Below are positions 24,378 through 64,000 of a stretch of 64,000 nt of DNA, piece after piece. Each line of letters opens with the position of its first letter. Within the stretch, counting starts at the first letter, position 1. The notes beneath the pieces were generated by a model, which was given only the letters and a program-made list of their open reading frames with translations, searched no databases and was not told the DNA's origin. The position numbers and the translations under genes are program-made. The DNA is from Tubiluchus corallicola. Lineage: Eukaryota > Animalia > Priapulida. The stretch spans positions 984,315-1,048,314 of the forward strand of contig JAQGDQ010000034.1 in the NCBI GenBank assembly GCA_030141605.1, written 5' to 3'.

Positions 24378-25924
24378 GTCGTCATAATAATCATCATCAT
24401 TAATATTACTATTGTTTTATAAACTATTACATCTTCACTTCCACTTGAGAGACAACTATGGGCAAAAAAACCACTTATCGGCCTCGCCCTGTCGATCTAC
24501 GGTTATCTTTAGTAAAAAATTATTATAATGAGAGCACAAAAGCGAACTGAATTTAACTGTTCAAGAAAGAGCCCACGTCTTGCTAACTGCTTTCTCGTGT
24601 AAATTGTTGTGTGTGTATGTGTGTTGTTGTTTGTTAATTTATCTTAGCAGAATTTGCAATTTATTAAATTGCGTTTAGGTAAACTTTATTTGTTGCACTC
24701 AAATTTGATTTTTTGTACCTTTCGTGTTTGCTGTCCATGTAAAATCTCTTGTTAGCTTTTTTCTGCCTATGTACAATCCTATCTGTTGGGTGGCTGAACG
24801 AAAATTGTAGAGCGCGCCACCATAGCCGCAAGCGTGCTCATTTGATAGTGCTATGAGCATATAGTTAATTGAAAAAAACAGATTTAAAATAATTAGTTTG
24901 TTTTGAGAGCGGTCAGTTAAAGTTTTAAAAAAACGCTCGCGTTTTGGGAGTAAGAAAAAATGACTAAGTCCGGTTTGAGCAAAAAGTTAAAAATTGTACT
25001 TTTAGCATTCTATTATTTATAACTAAAAATTCCAAATACAGGTTTTAGTATGTTAGTGTTGTTAAATAGAGTGCATTGCACGAGAAATAATCATATCAAG
25101 TCATATGGCAACGTAGTATTCGTTTTTCCAGCATCCAAAATTCATCCAAATGATGTTTTACCTTAACAGGTGTGAAAATGGACCTTTTACGAAAGTGTGC
25201 TAACTTGTCAACTTTAGAGTGTTATAAAAGATGCCAATTCAGCTGTTAGTTAATTGTTAATATGACTTTTGGTAGCTCAGTGTACATGGAACATATATTC
25301 ATAAACACTTTGCATCTTCAGATTTATGCTAGGGAAAATTTTTACGGGAAAAACTGGGAAAACAGCTTTTTCATATTAATATTATAGAATTTGCCCTATG
25401 AAAAGTATTTGTTTGGGAAAGTGGAATTTAGTTGGTTGCACGCAATCATTGAAGAGATTTTTGTGTGTTTACTGCCAAGTCCATGTTTTCATCTTGCGCA
25501 GGTAAAAAATCTGGGATGAAGACATCCTGTTGTCATGGCAACGCGTTAATTAACTCTTTGTAGAACCGATCTGAGTGAACTTTTAAAGGCTTTTTTTCCA
25601 ATTAATACTTTGTATCTTTAATCTTTTGTCATGGTATGTGCACTGCTTTGATTACACCAGTTTGAATGTATTGTAATCCTTTTCCCAGGCACACCTAATT
25701 GATATTTTTGTTACATGTATTATTGTGTAGTATAATCAAAATGTTAACCAACGTACCTGGTAGTACTACCAGGTAGTACCTGCATTTGTAGGTGGAGCCC
25801 TTGTTATCGCCTTGGCATATAACTGTGAAGCACGTAGTTTTTAATATTTTATATATGCTGTATAATCTATGTTTAATACCTGTCATTTCTTCTTTTGGTG
25901 TAGTGCACTGAAAGTGGAAACAAG

Positions 25925-53359
<27,435 letters not shown>

Positions 53360-53508
53360 AAATATTCTATTTGTTAATTTCTATTGATTGTAGAAAGGAA
53401 AGCGAACCCCATTTAGCCATGAATGAAACTGGCATACTTGAGAAATGCATTGTTATGTGAGTTGTGAGCTGAAATTGCTAAAAAAATTTGCTAGTACGTA
53501 ATTTGCAC

Positions 53509-53682
53509 AGGTCAAAGCTACTTAAAATTATGTATATATGTAGTTTTACGTACCTTAGTTGCTAATAAGTCCATGACTTTTGCTAATTTGCTAATACTTC
53601 ATTTTCATAGGTCAAAGCTACTTAAAATTATGTATGTATGTAGTTTTACGTACCTTAGTTGCTAATAAGTCCATGACTTTTG
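53509..53682 (+). repeat. Direct duplication (74 bp, period 100) in the putative RBM19 3'UTR, just before AATAAA near 53689
   Basis: aggtcaaagctacttaaaattatgtat...aagtccatgacttttg at 53509 and 53609. Confidence 0.8.
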
Positions 53683-55463
53683 TACATTAATAAAGGTTGA
53701 TTTGATAATATTTTCGCATCATACTATTTTGTTCTGTGTACTTTTCTTTTTTTTCATGCTTATATACTATGTCAGTTTTTACTGCCATGTTTGTGGCTTT
53801 ATTATTATTCATCCTCCATCCAAATCTAATTATACAGCAATTTTCAAATTTATAGTCGCAAGCTGCTGGCGGGGCATATCAATTTCATGTTGTCAAAATG
53901 CAAATTTTCCCATGTTGCATGTGTAGTTCAGTTATTTGTGCCCATGGGGAAAAATAATGTCGTGAAACCTGAGATACCATTTTAGCGGGGAGGATACATG
54001 CCATAAATGTGAACAATTGTGCATTTTGTGCCTAGTTTTTGCAATTTGGGATGTCAGACATGACTATAATCATCATTATAACGCCTATTACGTCTATTGT
54101 AGATTCTGGGCAGGCGGGATTCTGAAATAAATGATATCTGCCCTCAAGACTGATAAACAGCAGTCATCCAGCAAAAAAAAACTATATACTGTTATGCCAG
54201 TGGCGTGTCAGTATCTAAATACTAGAGGCGACCTCTAGTGACCTGTTTTCCCAAATTTCAAAATGGCCGCTGTTTAATGACGTAAATGCTATATTTATTG
54301 TCCTTTTTGAACTACATAATTATCATTTTAGGCTTTTTGGGGTAAAGAATGCATGTTAGAGAGCAATTTAGTCATTTAAAAAAATAAAAAATTAATTTTT
54401 GAAATCAATTTACGTTGAATAATCACAACTTAGTAACCTCATTTATTTCAGTTTTCGTCTGCTAGTTTTGATGTTTAAGTAATGATGCCTTGTAAATAGG
54501 TTCACAAAATGCAATTATACACAAAGCACATCGCCACATGCTAAAATAATTTAGAAGATGATTTTTTAAAGGAAAGGCTAACCATTCTATGAAGCTAAAG
54601 TTATTTCGTTAAAGACGTTAGAAAGATTTAATAACGAAAGTGCAACAAAAGCCTTGTGTAAATGGTAAAATCAATTTATAGTCACGATCATTTCACACTT
54701 GGGTGCTCCCATTTTGAATGCCAATTCTTCGACCGATTACGTCTGTGAAAGGTATAATAAGTTTTTACAAAAAATTTACACGGCTAATTATGATATTTTT
54801 GCAAGAACGATAGTTATGCTGCAGAAGTTTAATTAATTTTAGACAGTGCGCATTTACGGAAGTCTACAAGGTGCTTACAATAAGTCTCGGAGTCCACCAG
54901 TTACGTTATAATTTCTAAGTGAATGGCGGCTGCCACCGCACCTGAAAATTTCTACATAGCAGTAGTATAAATTAACTATATACTTTATGGACAGTTTTTT
55001 TCAAATTTCTTCGTTATTTTTTAAGTGTAACCGTAAACAGCAAAATAAACCCAACATGCTAAGTGACTTGTGCTTTCCTTTAATTTCGAACTACGTGTAC
55101 ACTTTAGGTGAAACTTGCGTATTGAAAGATCATTGAAATAATTGACACCCATTACAAGTACAGAAATCATAATCTCTATGTTGTGATTTCGAAATAATAG
55201 TGCAATAAATAGTCAGTGGAATTAAAACAGAAATTATCAAAATAACAATCACGAATGAAATTGAGAAATCAGAGAGAGTGGGAGAGATTTTGATTTGATT
55301 TATTACTTTGTTCGCAACAAAGTTCATATGTACAACAAGACACAATATTTGCAATTGGCAAAAATTAGGACATTAGACAAACATAAAAATTGTTAAAGGA
55401 AACGACCAATTCTTCGTAATAGGTGAAGAAAACTCGGAGTTAATCACCTGAAAATAAAGAGAA

Positions 55464-55467
<4 letters not shown>

Positions 55468-55500
<33 letters not shown>
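55468..55500. repeat. (GA)n microsatellite
   Basis: About 16 GA units. Confidence 0.9.
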
Positions 55501-55502
<2 letters not shown>

Positions 55503-57154
55503 CGGAGAGGGACAAAGAGAGAATAAGACAAGAATAATAGTCAGGTTAGTAAGTCACTGCTTTTCTCCTGATGCCGTCATGTTACAATGTTTTAACACTG
55601 GGTCTTTTATAAAGTTTTAATGCAGCTAGAAAAACAAAAACAAAACAAAATTTTTTTTTCGAAATAACGTTTTATCACAAAACATATTTAACGATTTAGT
55701 TTTGAATTAACAGTCAGTCACTTTTTAAAAACGATTAACCTCAATGAATTAATTATTTGCTTAGAATCAGCATTCTCCTGTACATTTTTACTATTTAGCT
55801 AGCCTTTTATCTGCACTCATTAAAGTTCTATTCTACCTCAGGTTTGAATATTTTCCACCCTCCATGACATCTGCTTTATTTCTTATTTCGAAAAAAACTC
55901 ATTATTAGCCACAACGCAGTTGTATTATTTGAAAAAGAAATTAAAGAATAATAACTATATTAATGGCAACACACGATTTAGTTAGCGAGGTGCACAGCCG
56001 AATGGTTTCACCGTGTGCCCGGCGACCGAAATTAAGCAACTGGTCAGTTGATAAATCTTGGCGGGTAAACAGGTTGGTACCGAGGCTCAATATTCATGCT
56101 GGGATGCTTTACATTCTGCACTGTCATTCGGTAAGATTTACCTCGCTGGGGGAAGAGAGAAGGTCATGGTTACGTGGTAGAGATAACCCCTCAGATTTAC
56201 TCTTTCATCTTAGAGTGGTATTCTAAATAATGAGATAGATTCCGGTCTCACTTCACGCACTTACTTTCAGTAGGCCCTACCATTGAGCCCTGGAATCCAG
56301 CTTGTAATGTGCGGAATCTTTTTTTCGTAGAATTTTTAAGGAATTATGTCACTCTGAGAGACGTTACATTAACTGAGAAAACGCTTCTGGCCCAAAAGAA
56401 CACAATGAGCACCGTGATTCAGTTCCCCCGCGGGCATGTCTAATGTAACGCCTCCACCTGGTTTCACGCACCACACAATGGCGGCCAATGCTTTGCTCTT
56501 TGTTTTATCATTAATTCCGCACGGATGATTACCTTTCCAATTAATCCAGGTAAAGGTAATAATCATAAACTGGGAGGCTGAGTTTGACAAGCACGTGTCT
56601 AGCTGAATACTCGTGCGTGTTGTTGAGACCGACTTGGTCACGTGTTTCTTTTTCGGCGCATGCGTGTTGGGCGAGACGACAAGACGCGTGCTTCCTATTT
56701 GACGCATGCAAGATATGAAACCAAGCGGCTAAATCATTAATTAAAACCAGGAAGACACGAGAGGTGCTTCAAGAAAATAAACATTGCGTTGCCTGTGGGC
56801 CGTAGGAACTGGAATGATTTATAAAGAGAATTAGCAGCTATAATCAAGTAGTAATCTGCAGTATCTACGCCATTTTTAGCACCTTGTATGAGCAAAATTG
56901 AGCATATTGAGCTTTACTTGTTTTCGAGACGTTTTAACACCATTTTTTCAGTAAGACAGAATTTCTATTTTTTGCACGTGGGATGCAAGCTTTGATTTTT
57001 GATAATGTAGCAATTAGGTTTTCGAAAAAAAATTGTTGCGAACTTGATTTCTGAAATTTGTTTCATCCAATTTTTTGTTTTCTATAACTAATTCTTTTGC
57101 CTTAAGTCTAAGTGTGCCATGCTTTTTGATCGGTCTGAGTAGTAAAAATCAGTC

Positions 57155-57575
57155 TTTGGCCACCCTGTACGTCAAGCATGAATTTTTAGTTTAATTTTTC
57201 CCAATACATAACATACGACTTGCATGATTTCTTTAGTAGTACCATCAGTTTTGGGCCACTCTATATACATCAACTATGAAATTTTAACATATGTTTTGCA
57301 AATACATAACAGTATGACTCTTTAGTAGTACCATCAGGTTTGAGCCACCCTGTACATCGAACATTAAATTTTAGCATAATTTTTTTAAATACGTAACAGT
57401 ATGACTCTTTAGTAGTACCACAGTTTTGAGCCACTGTGTACATCAACCATGAAATTTTGACATATTTTTTCCCAATACATAACATGCGTTTTGTATGATT
57501 TCTTCAGTAGTACCACGGTTTTGAGCCACCCTGTACATCGAGCATGAAATTTTAGCATAATTTTTCCCAATACAC
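57155..57575. repeat. About 90-bp degenerate tandem repeat containing Tc1/mariner-like TIR ends
   Basis: gccaccctgta or a variant near 57159, 57255, 57344, 57431, 57524; the reverse complement TACAGGGTGG is a common Tc1/mariner terminus. Confidence 0.7.
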
Positions 57576-57744
57576 GCTTTGTATAGCTGAAAACAATCGT
57601 GAGCTGCAGATAATTCATTTATCTCACGAAATCCTCGACGGAAGAAGAGTTGCATGTTAGTGAGATAGGAGCGTGATGGATTGGGTAAAATCAGAGTTGC
57701 TATCGGAACAAAACGCCTGCATTAAGCCAGTAAAGCGGGGATGA

Positions 57745-59660
57745 AATAGAACCCGAGGGACACAAGTAGACGGGCAAGGCTAGAAAAAAACAACGTAGAA
57801 CCCGAGGGACACAAGTAGACGGGCAAGGCTAGAAAAAACAACGTAGAACCCGAGGGACACAAGTAGACGGGCAAAGCTAGAAAAAACAACGTAGAACCCG
57901 AGGGACACAAGTAGACGGGCAAAGCTAGAAAAAACAACGTAGAACCCGAGGGACACAAGTAGACGGGCAAGGCTAGAAAAAACAACGTAGAACCCGAGGA
58001 GACAAGTAGACGGGCAAAGCTAGAAAAAACAACGTAGAACCCGAGGGAGACAAGTAGACGGGCAAAGCTAGAAAAAACAATGTAGAACCCGAGGGAGACA
58101 AGTAGACGGGCAAAGCTAGAAAAAACAACGTAGAACCCGAGGGACACAAGTAGACGGGCAAGGCTAGAAAAAAACAACGTAGAACCCGAGGGAGGCAAGT
58201 AGACGGGCAAGGCTAGAAAAAACAACGTAGAACCCGAGGGACACAAGTAGACGGGCAAAGCTAGAAAAAACAACGTAGAACCCGAGGGAGGCAAGTAGAC
58301 GGGCAAGGCTAGAAAAAACAACGTAGAACCCGGGGGAGACAAGTAGACGGGCAAAGCTAGAAAAAACAACGTAGAACCCGAGGGAGACAAGTAGACGGGC
58401 TAAGCTAGAAAAAACAACGTAGAACCCGAGGGAGACAAGTAGACGGGCAAAGCTAGAAAAAATAACGTAGAACCCGAGGGACACAAGTAGACGGGCAAAG
58501 CTAGAAAAAACAACGTAGAACCCGGGGGAGACAAGTAGACGGGCAAAGCTAGAAAAAACAACGTAGAACCCGAGGGAGACAAGTAGACGGGCAAAGCTAG
58601 AAAAAACAACGTAGAACCCGAGGGAGACAAGTAGACGGGCAAAGCTAGAAAAAACAACGTAGAACCCGGGGGAGACAAGTAGACGGGCAAAGCTAGAAAA
58701 AACAACGTAGAACCCGAGGGAGACAAGTAGACGGGCAAAGCTAGAAAAAACAACATAGAACCCGAGGGAACAAGTAGACGGGCAAAGCTAGAAAAAACAA
58801 CGTAGAACAGGAACAAGAGACGCAAAGCTAGAAAAAACAACGTAGAACCCGAGGGAGACAAGTAGACGGGCAAAGCTAGAAAAAACAACGTAGAACCCGA
58901 GGGAGACAAGTAGACGGGCAAGGCTAGAAAAAACAACGTAGAACCCGAGGGAGACAAGTAGACGGGCAAAGCTAGAAAAAACAACGTAGAACCCGAGGGA
59001 GACAAGTAGACGGGCAAAGCTAGAAAAAACAACGTTGAACCCGAGGGAGACAAGTAGACGGGCAAAGCTAGAAAAAACAACGTAGAACCCGAGGGAGAGA
59101 AGTAGACGGGCAAAGCTAGAAAAAACAACGTAGAACCCGAGGGAGACAAGTAGACGGGCAAAGCTAGAAAAAACAACGTAGAACCCGAGGGAGAGAAGTA
59201 GACGGGCAAAGCTAGAAAAAACAACGTAGAACCCGAGGGAGACAAGTAGACGGGCAAAGCTAGAAAAAACAACGTAGAACCCGAAGGAGACAAGTAGACG
59301 GGCAAGGCTAGAAAAAACAACGTAGAACCCGGGGGACACAAGTAGACGGGCAAGGCTAGAAAAAACAACACAGAATCCGAGTGAGACAAGTAGACGGGCA
59401 AAGCTAGAAAAAACAACGTAGAACCCGGGGGAGACAAGTAGACGGGCAAAGCTAGAAAAAACAACGTAGAACCCGAGTGAGACAAGTAGACGGGCAAAGC
59501 TAGAAAAAACAACGTAGAACCCGAGGGAGACAAGTAGACGGGCAAGGCTAGAAAAAACAACGTAGAACCCGAGGGAGACAAGTAGACGGGCAAAGCTAGA
59601 AAAAACAACGTTGAACCCGAGTGAGACAAGTAGACGGGCAAAGCTAGAAAAAACAACGTT
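57745..59660. repeat. 48-bp satellite array, about 40 copies
   Basis: Unit aacgtagaacccgagggagacaagtagacgggcaaagctagaaaaaac; no unique spacers; accounts for the 16-aa repeat ORFs. Confidence 0.97.
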
Positions 59661-59902
59661 GTCTTGCTTATTCACTGTGCATTTTTAATGTGCAAGTCGA
59701 GGACAGGAATAGAATTTGTTTTTATTTTTCATTTAATGCATTACACTCAATGTTTTTATCTTAAGTTTGTTTTGCACTTTAGTTTTTTTTAGTATGCACT
59801 GGACGCATTTGTCTTCAACAGTGTTGTTATTTTAACATTACGCTGAGGATTACTCAATTTTATTATAATGAGTGAGCCATTTTAATGACAAATAAAGAAT
59901 TA

Positions 59903-59935
<33 letters not shown>

Positions 59936-59974
59936 AGTATTATTAGTGTTTGATGTCCATTACTGTGTCATCTG

Positions 59975-60485
59975 TATATATTTGTAAATGAAAGCAATAA
60001 ACAAATGAGTTAAAACATCATGATGTACTTATTTACATTATCACTTCATAACATACAATCTGTAAATGAAAATATATAAGTGCTACTACACGTCACAACA
60101 TATTACAATTCAAAATATAATCATGGGAATTCTATCCCGACACCTACAGTGTCTTTATTAAGTTCAGAGATAGGTTTGGCTCTTAACGTGGAGAAAACTT
60201 TACTTCCCTTTAACTACAGTAGTACATATTAAGTTTAGAGATAGCTTTGCCTCAACTTTCACGGACGTCAGGTTTTCCCAAAGAGTTATTTCCTGCCTTG
60301 AACTTTATATTAGGCCAATTAATTGCCTATTACACAGTTAATAATGCGATAAGGCAGGTTTCCTACATACATACTTGAACAATAAAACTACAGAAGTAAT
60401 TATGTGCTCTTTCTTTGAGTACTTCGTACAATTATTTAAACAGAGCAAATATTAATTTGCTTATTTCGGAAATGAGTTTCCAACA
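59975..60485 (-). repeat. Inverted copy of the dispersed repeat at 35915..36400
   Basis: Reverse-complement similarity, with a small internal duplication of attaagtt(c/t)agagatag. Confidence 0.75.
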
Positions 60486-61696
60486 ATGCGTTTGTAAATT
60501 TGTATTAGCTGGCGCAAAAAATGAGCCCAAATTGATCACGACGATACGTGATGATGATGATACACGATGATGATGATCATGAAGTTTGATCGTGATGATG
60601 ATGCTACAAGAAGAAAACTGTGACCAAAACGTTTGAAAATTACCACACCCAATCTCACAGACATAGAGATATCAAAAATTTAGGCATTAGATTTATCCAA
60701 GTGCACAGAAGTTTTACATCAACAAGTCAAAAAGTAAATGCCGTAAATTTTTTTGTTGTATCACTATTGTTAAAATTTACGGCAAGTGATCTACGTGTCA
60801 ATCATTTTTGCTGCAAACTAGACGAGGACATTTCTTCCAACAAGTGATACAGTTTCTCACTTCTTTAAGAGGAAGTTGGTCTAACCGCTCAACAACTTTT
60901 GCCTTTAGTTCCTCCGCATCAAATGGCCCCGTGTGGCTGTTTTATACTTATTACAGTCCCAAACGATTAAATCCTGTTTTTTCTTGATTACACATTTTAT
61001 CAATGTTTTATTTTTGTGGTGAAAACAATTTCTTTATTATTTTGATGTCATGTATTGAGTGTTTAATACGTCAGTGTGGCTATTTTTCAATTTATGCTTT
61101 AACTGACATTGTTTCGGCATTTAAATTTTTACTAACCTAATAACTGCTAAAACCATAAAGTTTAACTTAAGCCAAACGCTAATGTATTCTAATATCGAAC
61201 TGTGAAACTGCCGAAGTTTAGAGTAAAATAGTATTAGAGTAATTGTCCTGCATATTTGTAGAGCAATTGCTCTAATGTACTATATTAGTCTAAACTTCAG
61301 AATATATTTTCTGCACCACCCAGTACATCAGCCCGGTTACGAATGCATGGTTTGTAAACATTGAACTGTGTCAGTATTATTTCAGCGCTAATTAAGGCAT
61401 CAAGTCAGAATTAATGTATCTTCGAGTAAAGGCAAACTAATTTGATTACATTTAATAGTTTATTAGTTTCTAAGCGCATTTTTGTAAATTTATATGTAGT
61501 TCTTAATACAGTTTTGTAAATTTGTGTGCAGTCCTTACAGTGATAAGTCATACTAAACATATCACTGCATTGAAACTAAAGCTAGGTAAATTAAAGCCAG
61601 TTAATTTGATTAGGTTGATAAATCCTTAATAGTTTTTTATGCTGCTTTATATGAACTGCAACAAAAGAAAAAAAATAAACACGCTTACAGTGTATT

Positions 61697-61768
61697 GGTC
61701 TGCGTCGCGGATTAATGATGCGCTTCTCATAGTCTCAGCCTGGGGTTCGAAACCCGTAGCTGCCACCA
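61697..61768 (+). pseudogene. Degenerate tRNA-like sequence (SINE head or tRNA pseudogene)
   Basis: T-arm GGGTTCGAAACCC and 3' CCACCA over about 72 nt; A box and acceptor stem poorly preserved. Confidence 0.3.
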
Positions 61769-62326
61769 TCAATTCATACGCTTTACATTATTCAATATTT
61801 AATCTCTGTACATCTTGTTTTGGTGTTTGTTTTAACAACTATTGTTTCAAGTGCAAATTAGCAAATTTTACAGCATTTTAGTAGATTTTCCTTCGAATAA
61901 TTATAGTGGAGTCGATTTAAGAAAACTTACGGTTTACTTCGATTAAAATTTATTAATCGATTCTATAAAAATTATTAGTTTATTGAGATACGAAACAGTT
62001 TCTGATCACAAAGCAGTTTACAGGTCTGCATAGTTAACAAAACTAAAAAAGTGAGAAATCCCCTTTGACGAGTGTCGTAATGTCGACCTCGGGCAGTTAA
62101 TAATGTGGTAGGCAGCGTAATTGGGTTAATGCAGGCTTTGGCACTATGCTAATACATGAAAATACAAATTTATAAGCAAACTACATAACTTCTTTAACGT
62201 TCCTTATATAAAAGCAATAAAGATAGTTTAGTTTATTGTCGAACAACGCAACACAATGTACATAAAAAATCACACATCACACAACGCATTTCAACAATTG
62301 GGTGTAATCGTCATAATTATTTAAAC

Positions 62327-62799
62327 CAGGGGTGTGCAAATTATCTGACTAGCCGGGCCACATTAAACTTTCCCGCAATTCCTGCGAGCCACAGGCAGTT
62401 TGACCAAGGAGCCAAGTACAGAAAGGCCTAATAACGATTTTTTTGCATCCGACCTGTGTACATCATTACTACTACACTCAAGAAACTATTTTAGAAGTTA
62501 TTAAAATTATATTACAAACCATATATTTCTACTTTTAGGACAGATAGTGGTAATTTCAATACAATGCATATTAGTAATGTGTATCACACAGTCTGTGTAC
62601 TACAGTGTTATTAAGCTACAACCGTCTTGTAAGGGTTAATGGTATCCGATCTAGTAGAAAAAACTATCCGCACTATCTTTGGGATCGTGGCACGGACTTC
62701 AGCTGGATACACTCGTCCGGGCCGCACTTGCATTAGATTGACAAATCTCTTCGCGGGCCGCACAAATTCTCTCGGCGGGCCGCAATTTGCACACCCCTG
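62327..62799. mobile_element. hAT (Charlie-like) MITE, complete
   Basis: 16-bp TIR CAGGGGTGTGCAAATT / AATTTGCACACCCCTG; 8-bp TSD atttaaac / attttaac (1 mismatch); subterminal GGGCCGCA repeats. Confidence 0.9.
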
Positions 62800-63359
62800 A
62801 TTTTAACAGTAAAAGAAATAGTAGATATTCTCCTACGAGTCTGACGTCTTCAGTTGAAAGCACTTATTCAAAGGGAGATGCCTCTGTGAAAGCCTTGACT
62901 TCCATTCAACGCCACCGCATTGGAAACACATTAGTCAGAATCGTCAAACGTTTGTACGGTTACATAGGAATTACAAGAGCTTTCCAACGCCAGCGAGATC
63001 TCTGACACGTAAAATTACAAAACAATGAGCAGTTCTCTCAGACAAACGAGGAAAAAACGCGCAGATAAACATCTTGTATTGCCGTCTTTATTTATGACGT
63101 CATTATGTTCGCATTCATTTCTTTGTCTGGATTTTGTCAAGCTTGAGAAGTGATGCTGAAGTCAGATAGGCATCATAGTAAGCAGATAGGCGTCACAGTA
63201 ACTGGCACTCATGCATAAAATTGTGCAATAATCATATATTGTACTTGCACAACGATTTTAAACCTCTGATTTTTATCACAACATTTTGGGAGTAATTTTT
63301 ATGCATGGTAGTACAACCACCCAAAAAACGACATTCAAGATGAAGGATTACAGCGAAAA

Positions 63360-63636
63360 GTGTAGTATAGTGTGTAGTGTAGTGTAGTGTAGTGTAGTGT
63401 AGTGTAGTGTAGTGTAGTGTAGTGTAGTGTAGTGTAGTGTAGTGTAGTGTAGCGTAGTGTAATGTAATGTAGTGTAGTGTAGTGCACTGTAGTACAGTGT
63501 GGTGTAGTGCTGTGTAGCAGTGTAGCAGTGTAGCGCAGTGCACTGCAATGTAGTGTAGTGTAGTGTAGTGTAGTGTAGTGTAGTGTAGTGTAGTGTAGTG
63601 TAGTGTAGTGTATCGTAGAGTAGCGTAGTGTAGCAT

Positions 63637-63667
<31 letters not shown>

Positions 63668-63710
63668 ACTGTTGTTGTTGTTATTGTCGCAGTCGCTGTC
63701 ACTGTCATTG
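63360..63710. repeat. (GTAGT)n pentanucleotide repeat followed by (GTT)n
   Basis: Direct inspection; source of the HYTTL-repeat ORFs. Confidence 0.95.
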
Positions 63711-64000
63711 TCGCAGTTGTTATTGGTGTTGCTTATGATGCTTTTGCTGTTGTTGCTGGGAGATGACTTTTTAAAAAAGCCAAAGTTTCTATTAATTCGC
63801 TAATCGCAGAATGCAAGATTACGTCAAGAAGTGAAATGTGCTTGTTTCACGTTGCTTTTCACAAGCTATCTAAAAAGCAGTTTTGTTTTCTAAAGATAAA
63901 CTATTAATTTTTTAATGAAATTCAGTTGAACTGTATAAAAAATAACCAAAGCATAACTGCAAATAATATCTCATTAAGCATACTAAAAATTCCTCACTTT

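Noticed and set aside
57722-59675. Long ORFs (222-418 aa) on the - strand
   Set aside because: Translations of a 48-bp satellite lacking stop codons; no unique sequence or splice context.
61697-61768. Functional tRNA gene
   Set aside because: Only the T-arm is convincing; acceptor and D stems do not pair well.
63232-63708. HYTTL-repeat ORFs
   Set aside because: Translation of the (GTAGT)n and (GTT)n simple repeats.

Overview
AT-rich, intron-rich eukaryotic (metazoan, probably invertebrate) genomic DNA, not prokaryotic. Most six-frame ORFs are exon fragments or repeat artefacts. Three spliced genes can be assembled by hand with consistent splice phases. (1) The last two coding exons of an unidentified + strand gene (1..130 and 1454..2434). 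(2) A complete kinesin-10/Kid-type chromokinesin KIF22 on the - strand (17 coding exons, 22918->4375, about 836 aa, motor domain plus C-terminal HhH). (3) A complete RBM19/Mrd1 six-RRM pre-rRNA processing factor on the + strand (23 exons, 25925->53359, about 920 aa, one GC-AG intron, 8.7-kb last intron). KIF22 and RBM19 are head-to-head around a short motif cluster (E2F+CHR, CRE half-site, E-box). The introns carry many non-autonomous elements: pogo/Tigger-, piggyBac-, hAT- and Kolobok-like MITEs, tRNA-derived SINEs, a 5S rRNA-headed SINE with a 12-bp TSD, a Rex1-like LINE 3' fragment and a 5'-truncated CR1/L2-group LINE inserted into a 59-bp minisatellite. Several satellites appear to derive from transposon parts, and two perfect palindromes are centred on (TA)n. 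No CRISPR array or other prokaryote-type system is present. All calls come from manual reading; no database searches were run.
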